Shown: positions 1 through 9,307, counted from the first letter of the stretch. The stretch is 64,000 nt of DNA from an uncultured Alphaproteobacteria bacterium (GCA_963740475.1 CAVUEM010000012.1:23615-87614); one strand, 5' to 3'. A program made the numbers and translations. Notes: a model not told the origin generated them from the letters alone.

Positions 1-18
1 ATTCGGCAAGCATGGGCA

Positions 19-42
19 GATCCCCGCCTTCGCGGGGATGAC
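19..42. repeat. REP-like palindrome (GATCCCCGC-CTTC-GCGGGGATGAC)
   Basis: Perfect 8-bp stem ATCCCCGC/GCGGGGAT with a 4-nt loop and GAC tail. Resembles the GTCAT(C/T)CCCGC..GCGGG(G/A)AT dispersed repeats of Alphaproteobacteria. Lies downstream of the pcbD stop. Confidence 0.55.
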
Positions 43-90
43 GCCGAGAGAGGAGAATCGGTACCCTTCACAAGCATTGCAACGTATCTG

Positions 91-468
91 TCAGTCGTAC
101 TTGATGTAGGCAAACCGCATGTCGCCGGTGGGCGTTCCCTCGAGAGCGCCGCCCTCCTTGGCCGGCTCCCAATGGACCACCTCCTCGATCTTCTTGGCCA
201 GCGCCAGGTCCTTGCCCGTGATCCCTTTGGCGGTGTGCGTCATGAGACGCACCTCAACCCAGGCATAGGAGGCCGTAATGTCGGGATGGTGCCAGGCGGC
301 CTCGGCGAGGTGGCCGACCGCGTTGATCACCATCAGCGTCCCTTTCCAGCTCGCCGTCTTGTAGGTCCTCCTGATCCAGCCGTCCTCGAGTCGCCACTTC
401 GGCAGGTTCTTGGCGAGCCACTCGGTGACCTCGCCCTCGGTCATGGCCTGTTCGCGCGCCGTGTTCAT
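91..468 (-). CDS. pcbD: Pterin-4-alpha-carbinolamine dehydratase
   Basis: Motif INAVGHLAEAAWHHPDITASYAWVEVRLMTH matches the PCD HHP signature. ATG at 468 follows a GGAGAG RBS; the longer ORF start at 657 is not used. Confidence 0.9.
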   Translation of the reverse strand: MNTAREQAMTEGEVTEWLAKNLPKWRLEDGWIRRTYKTASWKGTLMVINAVGHLAEAAWHHPDITASYAWVEVRLMTHTAKGITGKDLALAKKIEEVVHWEPAKEGGALEGTPTGDMRFAYIKYD

Positions 469-580
469 GTTGCTCTCTCCTCCGCTTTCGTGGACAGTAC
501 GCCTTTGAGCTCGACCGGTGTTCGCCGAGCGGCGGGCCTGCCTATCGCGCCGCCGCCAACTCGCAGCAACGCCTTCATAA

Positions 581-1549
581 ATGCAGGAAAAACCCAAGTC
601 CCGCACCACCTCTGTTTCGGCCCCCGCGCGCCTGCACCTGGGCTTCCTCGATCTCAACGGCGGGCTCGGCCGCCGCTACGGGTCGATCGGGCTCGCCGTC
701 GACGCCCCAGCGACCGAGATCAGCCTCGCGCGCAGCACGGACTTTGCGGCAGAAGGCCCCGACGGCGCGCGAGCGCTTGCCGTCGTGCGCTCATGCGCCG
801 AGGCGCTCGGGCTCTCGGGCCCTTATCGTATCACGGTGTCGTCCGCGATCCCCCCTCACGCCGGTCTCGGCTCTGGCACGCAGCTCGCGCTCGCAGTCGG
901 GGCCGCCTTGGCGGGCCTCGAAGGGCTCGATCTCGGACCCGACGCTCTCGCCCAAATTTCGGGGCGGGGCGCGCGCTCCGGGATCGGCCTCGCAGCCTTT
1001 TCCGCCGGCGGCTTCCTCATCGACGGCGGCCGGGGCGACAAGGACCGGGCCCCGCCCCTTCTCGTGCGCGCAGACTTCCCCGAGTCCTGGCGCATCCTCC
1101 TCATCCTCGATCCGGCTGCACAAGGGGCCCACGGCGACCGCGAGGCCAACGCCTTCGCCGCGCTGGCCCCCTTTCCCGACGCCAAGGCCGCGCACCTGTG
1201 CCGCCTCGTCCTCATGCGCCTCCTGCCGGCGCTCAAGGAGCAGGAGATCGAGCCATTTGGCGCGGCGCTCTCCGAGATCCAGGACATCGTCGGCGCCCAC
1301 TTCGCAGCTGCACAAGGGGGAAGTCCATGGACGAGCCCCGCCGTCGGTCGCCTCGCCAAGCGGCTGGCCGTGGCCGGTGCGACGGGCATCGGCCAGACGT
1401 CCTGGGGTCCCACGGGGTTCGCCTTTGCCGCCTCCGAGGATGCGGCGGGACGGCTCTATGATTCCTTCGTCGGAGACGCTAGAGCGGAGGGCCTGGACGT
1501 TCGCATCGTTCGCGGCCGCAACAGCGGAGCGCGGATCGGACGGGTTTGA
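581..1549 (+). CDS. mptG: Beta-ribofuranosylaminobenzene 5'-phosphate synthase (GHMP fold; orf4)
   Basis: APARLHLGFLDLNG..RRYGSIG, HAGLGSGTQLAL, GRGARSGIG and GQTSWGPTGF motifs. First gene of the H4MPT operon. Confidence 0.92.
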   Translation: MQEKPKSRTTSVSAPARLHLGFLDLNGGLGRRYGSIGLAVDAPATEISLARSTDFAAEGPDGARALAVVRSCAEALGLSGPYRITVSSAIPPHAGLGSGTQLALAVGAALAGLEGLDLGPDALAQISGRGARSGIGLAAFSAGGFLIDGGRGDKDRAPPLLVRADFPESWRILLILDPAAQGAHGDREANAFAALAPFPDAKAAHLCRLVLMRLLPALKEQEIEPFGAALSEIQDIVGAHFAAAQGGSPWTSPAVGRLAKRLAVAGATGIGQTSWGPTGFAFAASEDAAGRLYDSFVGDARAEGLDVRIVRGRNSGARIGRV

Positions 1550-1579
1550 CGTGCCGTACCGACAAAGCGGAGACGAAAA

Positions 1580-2479
1580 ATGACCGACGCCACGCCGATC
1601 CTGCACATGCTCTCGCCGCAGAAGCACATGAGCCCCTTCGACGTGAACATGGCGGCCGATGCCGGCTACAAGGTCATCATCCCCTATATCAACGTGACGC
1701 TCGAGGAAGTGACGCCACTGGTGCAGGACGCGATCTTCTCGCGCCCCCCCGACTATGGAACGCGCACCGGCGTCTTCATCGGCGGCAAGGACGCGATCCT
1801 CTCCCTCGACATGATGGAGGCGGCGCGCAAGGCCATGGTGCCGCCGTTCGCGCTCTCCGTCTTCGCCGATCCCGCCGGCTCCTTCACGACCGCGGCCGCC
1901 ATGGTGGCGTGCGTCGAGCGCGTCTTGAAGTTCAAGTTCGGCCGGAGCTGGAAGGGCCTCAAGGTGACCGTGTTCGGCGCGACGGGCGTCGTCGGCTTCG
2001 CCTCCTCGATCATCACGGCGCTCGAGGGCGCCCGCGTCCAGCTCGTCGCCCATCGCGGCGTCGACCGCGTCATCAAGTCGGCGGCCGTGTCGAAGGACCG
2101 TTTCGGGGTCGATCTCGAGCCGGTCGCCGGCGAGACCGCCGATCAGAAGCGGGCCATCATCGAGAACGCGGAGGTAATTTTCGCCGCAGCGGCCGCCGGC
2201 GTCCAGGTGATCGGTAAGGAGCATAAGGAGCTCGCCAAGAACCTGCTCGTCGTCGCCGATGTCAATGCCGTCCCGCCGCCGGGCGTCGAGGGCATGGAGC
2301 TCTTCATGGATGGGGCCCCGCTGCCGGGCTGCAACGCGCTCGGCGTCGGCCCGCTCGCCATCGGCGACATCAAGTACAAGACGGAATCGGGCCTCTTCAA
2401 GCAGATGATCGCCTCGAAGGAGTCGCTCGCCCTCGATTTCCGTCAAGCCTTTGCGCTGGCGCGCCAGCTCACGGCGTGA
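1580..2479 (+). CDS. mtdB: NAD(P)-dependent methylene-H4MPT dehydrogenase
   Basis: ILHMLSPQKHMSPFDVNMAADAGY, VQDAIFSR, FADPAGSFTTAAA and VFGATGVVG Rossmann motif. Confidence 0.95.
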   Translation: MTDATPILHMLSPQKHMSPFDVNMAADAGYKVIIPYINVTLEEVTPLVQDAIFSRPPDYGTRTGVFIGGKDAILSLDMMEAARKAMVPPFALSVFADPAGSFTTAAAMVACVERVLKFKFGRSWKGLKVTVFGATGVVGFASSIITALEGARVQLVAHRGVDRVIKSAAVSKDRFGVDLEPVAGETADQKRAIIENAEVIFAAAAAGVQVIGKEHKELAKNLLVVADVNAVPPPGVEGMELFMDGAPLPGCNALGVGPLAIGDIKYKTESGLFKQMIASKESLALDFRQAFALARQLTA

Positions 2480-3630
2480 CCGCCGAGACGGTTCTCATCG
2501 CCGCATTCTCGGCCCGGGCGCTTGCGGTCTCCGCCCGGCGTGCGGGCTTTATTCCCCTCGCCGTCGATTGCTTCGGCGACATCGATACCGAGCTTGCGGC
2601 AGAGGCGCTGCGCTGCCTTCCGGCCCGCGTCCAGACCGGGTTCATGACAAAGCCGCTTTTCGCCGCGCTCGACGAGCTGGTCGCCGCGGCCTCGAGCCCG
2701 CCTCTCGGGCTCGTGCTCGGATCGGGCTTCGAGTGCAACCCCCGCCTCGTTGCCCGCCTCGGCGAGCGGTTCCGCCTGCTCGGCAATTCGGCCGCGACCA
2801 TCGCCCGCACCAAGGACCCTGCAGCTTTCTTCGCCGTCCTCTCCCGGCTCGGGATTGTCCACCCCGAGACCCGCCCGGAGCCCCCGTCCGCTCCCGAGGG
2901 ATGGCTCATGAAGCGCATCGGCGGGAGCGGCGGCCTCCACATCGTCGACTGTCCCGAGGAGCCGCGGCCCGACCCGCGGCGCTACTTCCAGCGCAGAATT
3001 CCCGGCGAGGCGATCTCCATTCTCGGCCTCGTCGGCCCGCGCGCGCACGCCTTCGCGCCTAGCCGGCAGTGGGTCTCGCCGCTGCCGAAGCGGCCCTACC
3101 GCTACGGCGGAGCGGTGGGTGGCATCGCGCTCGAGCCCGACCTCGAAGCCCGCCTAATCACGGCATGCATCGCTCTTGCAGACGACCTCGGACTAGAGGG
3201 CCTCGTCTCCTTCGACTTCCTGGTGGCGGACGGCGAGGCCGCACTGCTCGAGGTCAACCCACGGCCCGGCGCCACGCTCGACGTGTTCGACGACGCGGCC
3301 GGCACGCTCTTTCGCGCCCATGTCGAAACTTGTCTCGGCGGCGACGGCGCCGCCCTGCTCGCCGGCTCCTGGCGCCCACCCCACGCCCGCGCCACCGCCA
3401 TTCTGTATGCGGATTTGGGCGAGCTCACCGCGCCGGCGCTCGACTGGCCCGGCTGGGTCGCCGACCGGCCGCGTCCCGGCACGCGCGTGGGTCCTCGGCA
3501 GCCGGCGGCGACCGTGCTTGCCGACGCCGATACTCCGGCGGCTGCCGAACATCTCGCGCACGAGCGCTTGGGTGTTCTTGCAAACATGCTGTATGAAGAC
3601 GGAAAAAACGGGAAGGGAATGCCACAATGA
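2476..3630 (+). CDS. orfY: ATP-grasp protein OrfY (methylofuran glutamylation-associated)
   Basis: ATP-grasp motifs (WLMKRIGGSGG, YFQRRIPG, LEVNPRPGATL). GTGA overlap with mtdB and canonical position between mtdB and mch. Confidence 0.85.
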   Translation: MTAETVLIAAFSARALAVSARRAGFIPLAVDCFGDIDTELAAEALRCLPARVQTGFMTKPLFAALDELVAAASSPPLGLVLGSGFECNPRLVARLGERFRLLGNSAATIARTKDPAAFFAVLSRLGIVHPETRPEPPSAPEGWLMKRIGGSGGLHIVDCPEEPRPDPRRYFQRRIPGEAISILGLVGPRAHAFAPSRQWVSPLPKRPYRYGGAVGGIALEPDLEARLITACIALADDLGLEGLVSFDFLVADGEAALLEVNPRPGATLDVFDDAAGTLFRAHVETCLGGDGAALLAGSWRPPHARATAILYADLGELTAPALDWPGWVADRPRPGTRVGPRQPAATVLADADTPAAAEHLAHERLGVLANMLYEDGKNGKGMPQ

Positions 3631-4598
3631 CCGTAACTCCGGGACCGGCCCCGAGCGTTAACGCCAGGGCCGCAAAGCTCGTCGACGACCTCGCCGCCAA
3701 CGCCGGGGCGCTACGATGCGCCGTCTCGACCGGGGAGGCCGGCGAGCGGCGCATCGACCTCGGCGCCAAGGCGGTGGGCGGTCTCGAGGCCGGACGCCGG
3801 CTCGGCGAGATCTGCATGGGCGGCCTCGGCACGGTCAGCATGACGTCCGCGTCCGGGCTCGAGCGCTGGCCCCTGGGCGTCGTCGTGCACTCGAACGATC
3901 CGGTCGTCGCCTGCTTGGGCAGTCAATATGCCGGCTGGACCATCAAGCATGAGGAAAGCGGCTTCTTCGCGCTCGGCTCCGGCCCCGCCCGCGCTCTGTC
4001 GCGCGTGGAGGAGCTATTCAGACACCTCGGCTACGTCGACCACCACCACAAGGCCGCGCTCGTCATCGAAGGCGACAAGGCGCCGCCGTCCGTTGTCGCC
4101 AGAGAGATTGCCTCGGCGTGCGGCGTCGTGCCCTCCGACCTCACCATCCTCTACGCCCCGACCGGAAGCCTCGCCGGCACTGTGCAGATCGCCTCCCGCG
4201 TGCTCGAGGTCGCGCTGCATAAGGCACACGCGCTGCACTTCCCGCTGGAGCACATCATCGACGGCTACGGCGTCGCGCCCATCGCGCCGCCCATTCCCGA
4301 TTTCGTCAAGGCGATGGGGCGCACCAACGACGCCATCATCTACGGCGGGCGCATCCAGCTCTTCGTCAAGGGTTCGGACGCGAATGCAAAGCAGCTCGCG
4401 AACAATCTCCCCTCGAGCTCGTGCTCGATCTACGGTAAGCCGTTCGCCGAGATCTTCGCCTCCGTCGACGGCGACTTCTACAAGATCGACGCCGCGCTGT
4501 TCAGCCCGGCGGTCGTCACCGTCTCGAACCTCGACACGGGATCGTCCTTCCACGCCGGCAAGCTCGCCCCGGATATCGTCGACGCGAGCTTCAAGTAA
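3627..4598 (+). CDS. mch: Methenyl-H4MPT cyclohydrolase
   Basis: ACLGSQYAGW, FALGSGPARAL, QIASRVLEVALHK, AMGRTNDAIIYGG and FYKIDAALFSPA motifs. Confidence 0.97.
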   Translation: MTVTPGPAPSVNARAAKLVDDLAANAGALRCAVSTGEAGERRIDLGAKAVGGLEAGRRLGEICMGGLGTVSMTSASGLERWPLGVVVHSNDPVVACLGSQYAGWTIKHEESGFFALGSGPARALSRVEELFRHLGYVDHHHKAALVIEGDKAPPSVVAREIASACGVVPSDLTILYAPTGSLAGTVQIASRVLEVALHKAHALHFPLEHIIDGYGVAPIAPPIPDFVKAMGRTNDAIIYGGRIQLFVKGSDANAKQLANNLPSSSCSIYGKPFAEIFASVDGDFYKIDAALFSPAVVTVSNLDTGSSFHAGKLAPDIVDASFK

Positions 4599-4603
4599 CT
4601 TCA

Positions 4604-4636
4604 TTCCCTCTCCCGTCCTTACGGGGAGAGGGGGAA
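4604..4636. repeat. Single CCCTCTCCC...GGGAGAGGG hairpin unit
   Basis: TTCCCTCTCCCG-TCCTTA-CGGGGAGAGGGGGAA between mch and orf5. Same motif family as the element inside orf17. Confidence 0.7.
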
Positions 4637-4643
4637 CACTGGC

Positions 4644-5585
4644 ATGAACCGACCCGTCGCACCGACTGATCTCGAAGCGGTCTCGAGGGGCCCGCGCATC
4701 GCACTCTTCGTCGAGGAGGGCCAAGGCGACTGGCACGCGCGCCGCCTGCGCCGTGCGATTGAGGCCCGCGGCGCCCGTGTGGTGGTGACGACGCTCGCCG
4801 CCTGCGCCTTCGACACGCGGATCGCGAGCGGTCTCGACATTCCGGGATTTGCCGGCGAGCTTCCCGACGGCGCCTTCGTGCGCTCGGTCTCGACCGGCAC
4901 GCTCGAGCAGATCACGCTGCGGCTCGGGATCCTCCATGCGCTGCGCGAATCCGGCGTGCGCGTGTGGAATGACGCGCGCGCCATCGAGCGCTGCGTCGAC
5001 AAATCCACCGCGACGTTCCTGTTTCAGAAGGCCGGGCTCCCGACGCCGCCGACGCGGACCGCCGAGGGGTGCGCGGCCGCCCTCGCCCATGCGCAAGCCG
5101 TCGGCGCGCCCCTCGTCGTCAAGCCGCTGTTCGGCAGTCAGGGCAACGGCATCACGCGCGCCGCCGCTCCGGCCGAGTTGCCGGCGCCCGAGGCCCTCGG
5201 CAACGTCTATTACCTCCAGGAGTATCTGCGCACGGCGGACGCGACCCGCTTCGAGGACTGGCGCGTCTTCGTCTCGCGCGGGCGCGTGCTCGCCGCCATG
5301 ACGCGGGTCGGCAAGAGTTGGATCACCAACGTCCATCAGGGCGCCGCGCCGTCCCGCGTCGAGCCCAATGGCGAGATGCGCCGCCTGGCGCTAGCCGCCG
5401 TTGCCGCGATAGGCGCCGACTATGCGGGAGTCGACCTGATCCGCGGGCCGGACGGTCGTCTTCTCGTGCTCGAGATCAATTCGAACCCCGCCTGGAAGGG
5501 TCTCCAGAGCGTCACCGACCTCGACATCGCAGGCACCCTCGCCGACGATTTTCTCTCCGCCTTGACCCCCGTTCCCGCGCTATGA
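4644..5585 (+). CDS. orf5: RimK-family alpha-L-glutamate ligase Orf5 (cofactor glutamylation)
   Basis: IERCVDKSTAT, VVKPLFGSQGNG, YYLQEY, DWRVFV, WITNVHQG and YAGVDL..LEINSNPAW motifs, in the H4MPT operon. Confidence 0.9.
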   Translation: MNRPVAPTDLEAVSRGPRIALFVEEGQGDWHARRLRRAIEARGARVVVTTLAACAFDTRIASGLDIPGFAGELPDGAFVRSVSTGTLEQITLRLGILHALRESGVRVWNDARAIERCVDKSTATFLFQKAGLPTPPTRTAEGCAAALAHAQAVGAPLVVKPLFGSQGNGITRAAAPAELPAPEALGNVYYLQEYLRTADATRFEDWRVFVSRGRVLAAMTRVGKSWITNVHQGAAPSRVEPNGEMRRLALAAVAAIGADYAGVDLIRGPDGRLLVLEINSNPAWKGLQSVTDLDIAGTLADDFLSALTPVPAL

Positions 5586-6451
5586 ACTTCCCTCTCGCGG
5601 GGGAGCAAATCGCCCATGCATTTCTCTCGGCCTGCCGGGCCGAGCTTCACGCCTTGAAGCCCGGCAACGTGCACATCCATGCGCCCGGTCACGGCATGGA
5701 GATGCGCCACTTCGAGGAGGCCGCCGCGGCGGCGGCCCCGTGGATCGCGACCGCGGGCCTCAGGGTCGGCGCGCGGGTCTTGGCTGCCGTCGAAGCAAGC
5801 ATGGTGGCGGCCGGCTGCAACACCAACCTTGGCATCCTGCTGCTGTCAGCGCCGCTCGCCGCCGCGGCGGGCACTGAGAGCCCCTTCGGCACTCTGCGCG
5901 AGCGCCTAAGGATTGTGCTGTCCGGCCTCGATCGCGAGGACGCGGCAAACGTCTTTGAGGCGATCCGATGCGCCAAACCCGCGGGTCTCGGCGCCGTAGA
6001 GTCCGAGGACGTCGGCGAGCCGCCGACGGTAGCGCTCGGCGAGACCATGCGGCTTGCTGCCGCGCGCGACCGCATCGCACGCGCCTACGTCACCGCCTTC
6101 GCGGACGTGTTCGAGTTCGGGCTCGCTCGGCTCACTGAGGCGCGCTGCGCTGCAGCGAGCGAAAATGACGCTGTGACGACATTGCACATGAGCTACCTCG
6201 CGGAATTTCCGGACAGCCACATTGCGCGCAAGTACGGGGCGGAAAAGGCCATCGAGGTGCGCGATCGGGCACGCGCGCTGTCCCCGCTTTGGCAGCCCGC
6301 CGCCGGCCCGCATTCGTTTGCGGCGCTCATGGCGTTCGATCGTGAGCTCAAGGACGCTGGCCTCAATCCGGGGACCACGGCCGATTTCGTCGTCGCGACC
6401 CTTTTCACCGACGCGTTAATTACGTTGGGCCTCGCGCAGCGCGGCGCTTAA
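5582..6451 (+). CDS. orf7: CitG-like triphosphoribosyl-dephospho-CoA synthase family protein Orf7
   Basis: ELHALKPGNVH, NTNLGILLL, PDSHIARKYG and LNPGTTAD motifs. ATGA overlap with the orf5 stop. Confidence 0.9.
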   Translation: MNFPLAGEQIAHAFLSACRAELHALKPGNVHIHAPGHGMEMRHFEEAAAAAAPWIATAGLRVGARVLAAVEASMVAAGCNTNLGILLLSAPLAAAAGTESPFGTLRERLRIVLSGLDREDAANVFEAIRCAKPAGLGAVESEDVGEPPTVALGETMRLAAARDRIARAYVTAFADVFEFGLARLTEARCAAASENDAVTTLHMSYLAEFPDSHIARKYGAEKAIEVRDRARALSPLWQPAAGPHSFAALMAFDRELKDAGLNPGTTADFVVATLFTDALITLGLAQRGA

Positions 6452-6455
6452 CCCC

Positions 6456-6485
6456 TTGTCGAGAGACATTTCCTGGCGCTATGAA
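6456..6485 (+). promoter_or_regulatory. Possible sigma70-type promoter for fae
   Basis: TTGTCG (6456-6461), 18 nt spacer, TATGAA (6480-6485), in the orf7-fae gap. Motif inspection only. Confidence 0.3.
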
Positions 6486-6653
6486 GGGGCGTGCTCTCGG
6501 CGCCGCTATCTGGCCAACCGGTCCGGTGACGCTCGTCACCGTTCGCTGCAACTGGGATAGCTCGGAACGACTGCAGCCGGCCCACTTATGGCGGGCCCGA
6601 TCCCGGGCGCGCCGTCTGTTTGTTGTGTGGAAGTCAAGGAAGGGAACCCCATA

Positions 6654-7166
6654 ATGGCCAAGATCAATCGCGTAATGGTTGGCGAGTTGCTCGTCGGTGA
6701 CGGCAACGAAGTCGCCCACATCGACCTTATGATCGGACCGCGCGGCAGCGCCGCCGAGACCGCGTTCTGCAACGCGCTCACCAACAACAAGGACGGCTTC
6801 ACCACGCTGCTCGCGGTCATCGCGCCGAACCTGCCGTGCAAGCCCAACACCATCCTTTACAACAAGGTCACCATCAAGGACGCCCGCCAGGCGGTGCAGA
6901 TGTTCGGCCCCGCCCAGTACGGCGTCGCCAAGGCCGTGCAGGACTCGGTCGCCGAAGGCATCATCCCGGCGAACGAGGCCGACGACGTCTACATCACGGT
7001 CGGCGTGTTCATTCACTGGGAAGCGGCCGACGACGCCAAGATTCAGGACTTCAACTATCGCGCGGTGAAGGAGAGCATCGCCCGCGCCGTGGCCGGCAAG
7101 CCGACGGCCGCCGAGGCGACCGCCCAGCGTAACGCCGTGCAGCATCCGTTCGGTGCGAAGACTTGA
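6654..7166 (+). CDS. fae: Formaldehyde-activating enzyme
   Basis: [37 protein letters not shown] and QMFGPAQ..VAKAV motifs. AAGGAAGG RBS before the ATG at 6654. Confidence 0.97.
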   Translation: MAKINRVMVGELLVGDGNEVAHIDLMIGPRGSAAETAFCNALTNNKDGFTTLLAVIAPNLPCKPNTILYNKVTIKDARQAVQMFGPAQYGVAKAVQDSVAEGIIPANEADDVYITVGVFIHWEAADDAKIQDFNYRAVKESIARAVAGKPTAAEATAQRNAVQHPFGAKT

Positions 7167-7308
7167 AGCGGACACCGTCCACAGCAGGATAATGCCCCTC
7201 CCATGAAGGGGGGTCTGCTGCAGCGATTGGGAAGACTACTCTCCGGCCGTTGGAACGGCTAGACGACGCGGGTGGTACTTCATCGCCACTCGCAAAGTGG
7301 ACTGAAAC

Positions 7309-8103
7309 TCACGAGCCGGCGATCTCGACGAGGTCGCCGGCTTTTATTTTGCGATCGTGGAGCGCGGTGGCGACGAGGGCTCCCGCCGCGCCCGCACTCT
7401 TGAGCGCGAGAAGGTCGCCCAGCCCGCGCACGCCCCCCGCCGCAAAGATGCGCCGCCCTCGAGCCCTGCCAACAATCTCTCCGAGACGCGCGAGATCGGG
7501 GCCGGCTCCGGTGCCAACCCGCGCCAGCGTCATCACGATCACGCGCTCGGGCCATCGCTCGGCATCCTCGAGCACCTCTCGCGGCCCGAGAAACTCGTCT
7601 CCGCGAAAGTCGAGCGACAGCACCCACTCTTCTTTCCCCCTCTCCCCGCCAGCGGGGAGGGGGCCCGAGCGGAGCTCGGCTTCGCCGAGACGGTGAGGGG
7701 CAGCCGCTTGTGGTTGCTCCGGTCTCTGCCCCTCACCCTGACCCCCTCCCCATGTAGAATGGGGAGAGGGGAAAGCGAGCGACTCCGAGCCGACGACGGG
7801 GACAAGGTTCGGCTCGGCAGAAGGCCGGTCGGAGCTGCCGTCGTCGAGCCACAGCTCCACGCCCGGCAACGCAGCTGCGAGCCGCGCGATGAGCGCCCGG
7901 TTAGCCCCGCGTCCCTCGATCCCGTCGAGATCGGCGACATAGAGCATCCGGAAGGGATAGAGCGACAGAAAGCCTCGCGCGACCGCGACCGGGTCGGCAC
8001 TCGCCGCTAGCGGCGTCTCGAGCGGCCTGTAATCCGCGCGCCGTCCGCCCACGGCCCGGACGGCTGCGCCATGGCGCACATCGATGACCGGAATGACTTC
8101 CAT
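7309..8103 (-). CDS. orf17: HisA/HisF-related protein Orf17, carrying an in-frame repeat-derived insertion
   Basis: MEVIPVIDV, LYVADLDGIEG, VGSES, VLSLDFRG, VMTLARVG.GAGPD and AAGGVRG motifs. About 40 extra residues lie between GSES and VLSLDF. Confidence 0.88.
   Translation of the reverse strand: MEVIPVIDVRHGAAVRAVGGRRADYRPLETPLAASADPVAVARGFLSLYPFRMLYVADLDGIEGRGANRALIARLAAALPGVELWLDDGSSDRPSAEPNLVPVVGSESLAFPSPHSTWGGGQGEGQRPEQPQAAAPHRLGEAELRSGPLPAGGERGKEEWVLSLDFRGDEFLGPREVLEDAERWPERVIVMTLARVGTGAGPDLARLGEIVGRARGRRIFAAGGVRGLGDLLALKSAGAAGALVATALHDRKIKAGDLVEIAGS
7636..7772. repeat. Composite palindromic element (hairpin - GGTGAGGGGCAG ... CTGCCCCTCACC - hairpin) inside orf17
   Basis: Hairpin at 7636-7663, perfect 12-bp inverted repeat at 7692-7703/7726-7737, small hairpin CTCGGC-TTC-GCCGAG, and a terminal CCCCCTCCCC..GGGGAGAGGGG hairpin. 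Confidence 0.85.
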
Positions 8104-8163
8104 CGCTCCCATTTCCTTGCCGTTGGTGTATCACACGCGCGGGCTCCGCCTGGAGAGAAGGCA

Positions 8164-9198
8164 ATGACAGCGACGGCCGGACTCGACGTTGGCGGAGCGC
8201 ACCTCAAGGTCGCGCTCGCCGAGGCCAGCCGCGTGACGTCCGTCCGGCAAATCGCCTGTCCGCTGTGGCTGGGGCTCGACAAGCTCGATGCCGCGTTGGC
8301 CGAAGCCGCCCCGATTCTCTCCCGCGCCGCGCGTCATGGCGTGACGATGACCGGCGAGCTGTCCGACCTGTTTCCGGACCGCAAAACCGGCGTCGACACC
8401 CTTGTCGGGCGGCTCGTGCGCGACCTCGGGACTGGCACCCGGTTCTGGATGGGCGGGAAGGGCTTCGGCGACGCCGAGACTGCCCGAAATCACCCGACCG
8501 ACGTCGGCTCGACCAACTTTCTTGCCACCGCGGCCTTTGTCGGCACCCGACTTCCCGAGGCGCTCCTCGTCGATTTCGGTTCGACGACCGCCGACATCAT
8601 TGCCGTGGACGGGGGACGGCCGGCCGTGCGCGGCTTGACGGACGGAGCACGCCTCGAGACCGGCGAGCTCGTCTATACGGGGCTCACGCGCACTGCCGTG
8701 ATGGGGATTGCCACGCGGGCGCCGTTGCAAGGTCGCGAGCAGGGCCTCGCGCGCGAGGTTCTCGCGACCATGGCCGACGTGCGACGCGTTCTGGGTTGCC
8801 TGCCCGACGGCGTCGACCAGCACGTCACCGCGGACGGGCGCGGCAAATCCGTGGACGAGAGCCTCGCACGCCTCGCCCGCATGTTCGGGCGCGACGCGGC
8901 CGACGGCAGTCTCGAGGATTGGCGCGAAGCGGCGGCCTTTCTGCGCGATGCGCAGATGCGCTCGATTCTCGAGGGTTGCGACACGGTGCTCGGGGCAACG
9001 CCTGTCGATATCCGCGCGCCGGTCGTCGCGGCGGGTATCGGGGCGGCCGAGATCGCCGCACTCGCGACGCGCCTCGGACGGCCGAGCGTCGAGTTCGGAT
9101 CGCTTGCGGACGCGGACGAGCCTTGCCGCCTCTGGGCGACGCGCTGCGCCCCCGCCGTTGCCGTGGCACTCCTCCTAGCGCATGATCGTCTGACATAG
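8164..9198 (+). CDS. orf9: Hydantoinase/oxoprolinase-like Orf9 (MfnF homologue)
   Basis: GLDVGGAHLK, VTMTGELSDLF, DFGSTTADI, GELVYTGLTRT and ATMADVRR motifs. GGAGAG RBS before the ATG at 8164. Confidence 0.9.
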   Translation: MTATAGLDVGGAHLKVALAEASRVTSVRQIACPLWLGLDKLDAALAEAAPILSRAARHGVTMTGELSDLFPDRKTGVDTLVGRLVRDLGTGTRFWMGGKGFGDAETARNHPTDVGSTNFLATAAFVGTRLPEALLVDFGSTTADIIAVDGGRPAVRGLTDGARLETGELVYTGLTRTAVMGIATRAPLQGREQGLAREVLATMADVRRVLGCLPDGVDQHVTADGRGKSVDESLARLARMFGRDAADGSLEDWREAAAFLRDAQMRSILEGCDTVLGATPVDIRAPVVAAGIGAAEIAALATRLGRPSVEFGSLADADEPCRLWATRCAPAVAVALLLAHDRLT

Positions 9199-9307
9199 TA
9201 TCGCTTCCGCGATCCATGTTCGTGAATCGTACGCTACACTTTGAATTTAGATTGCGATTTACGCCTTGATGGACGCGAAGCGTCTCCATCAAGAACGATC
9301 GCGATCT
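9175..9307. repeat. Two-hairpin mosaic element, copy A (inverted relative to 36601-36739)
   Basis: Aligns end to end with the reverse complement of 36601-36739 with few differences. Supplies the last 7 codons and the stop of orf9. Confidence 0.9.
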
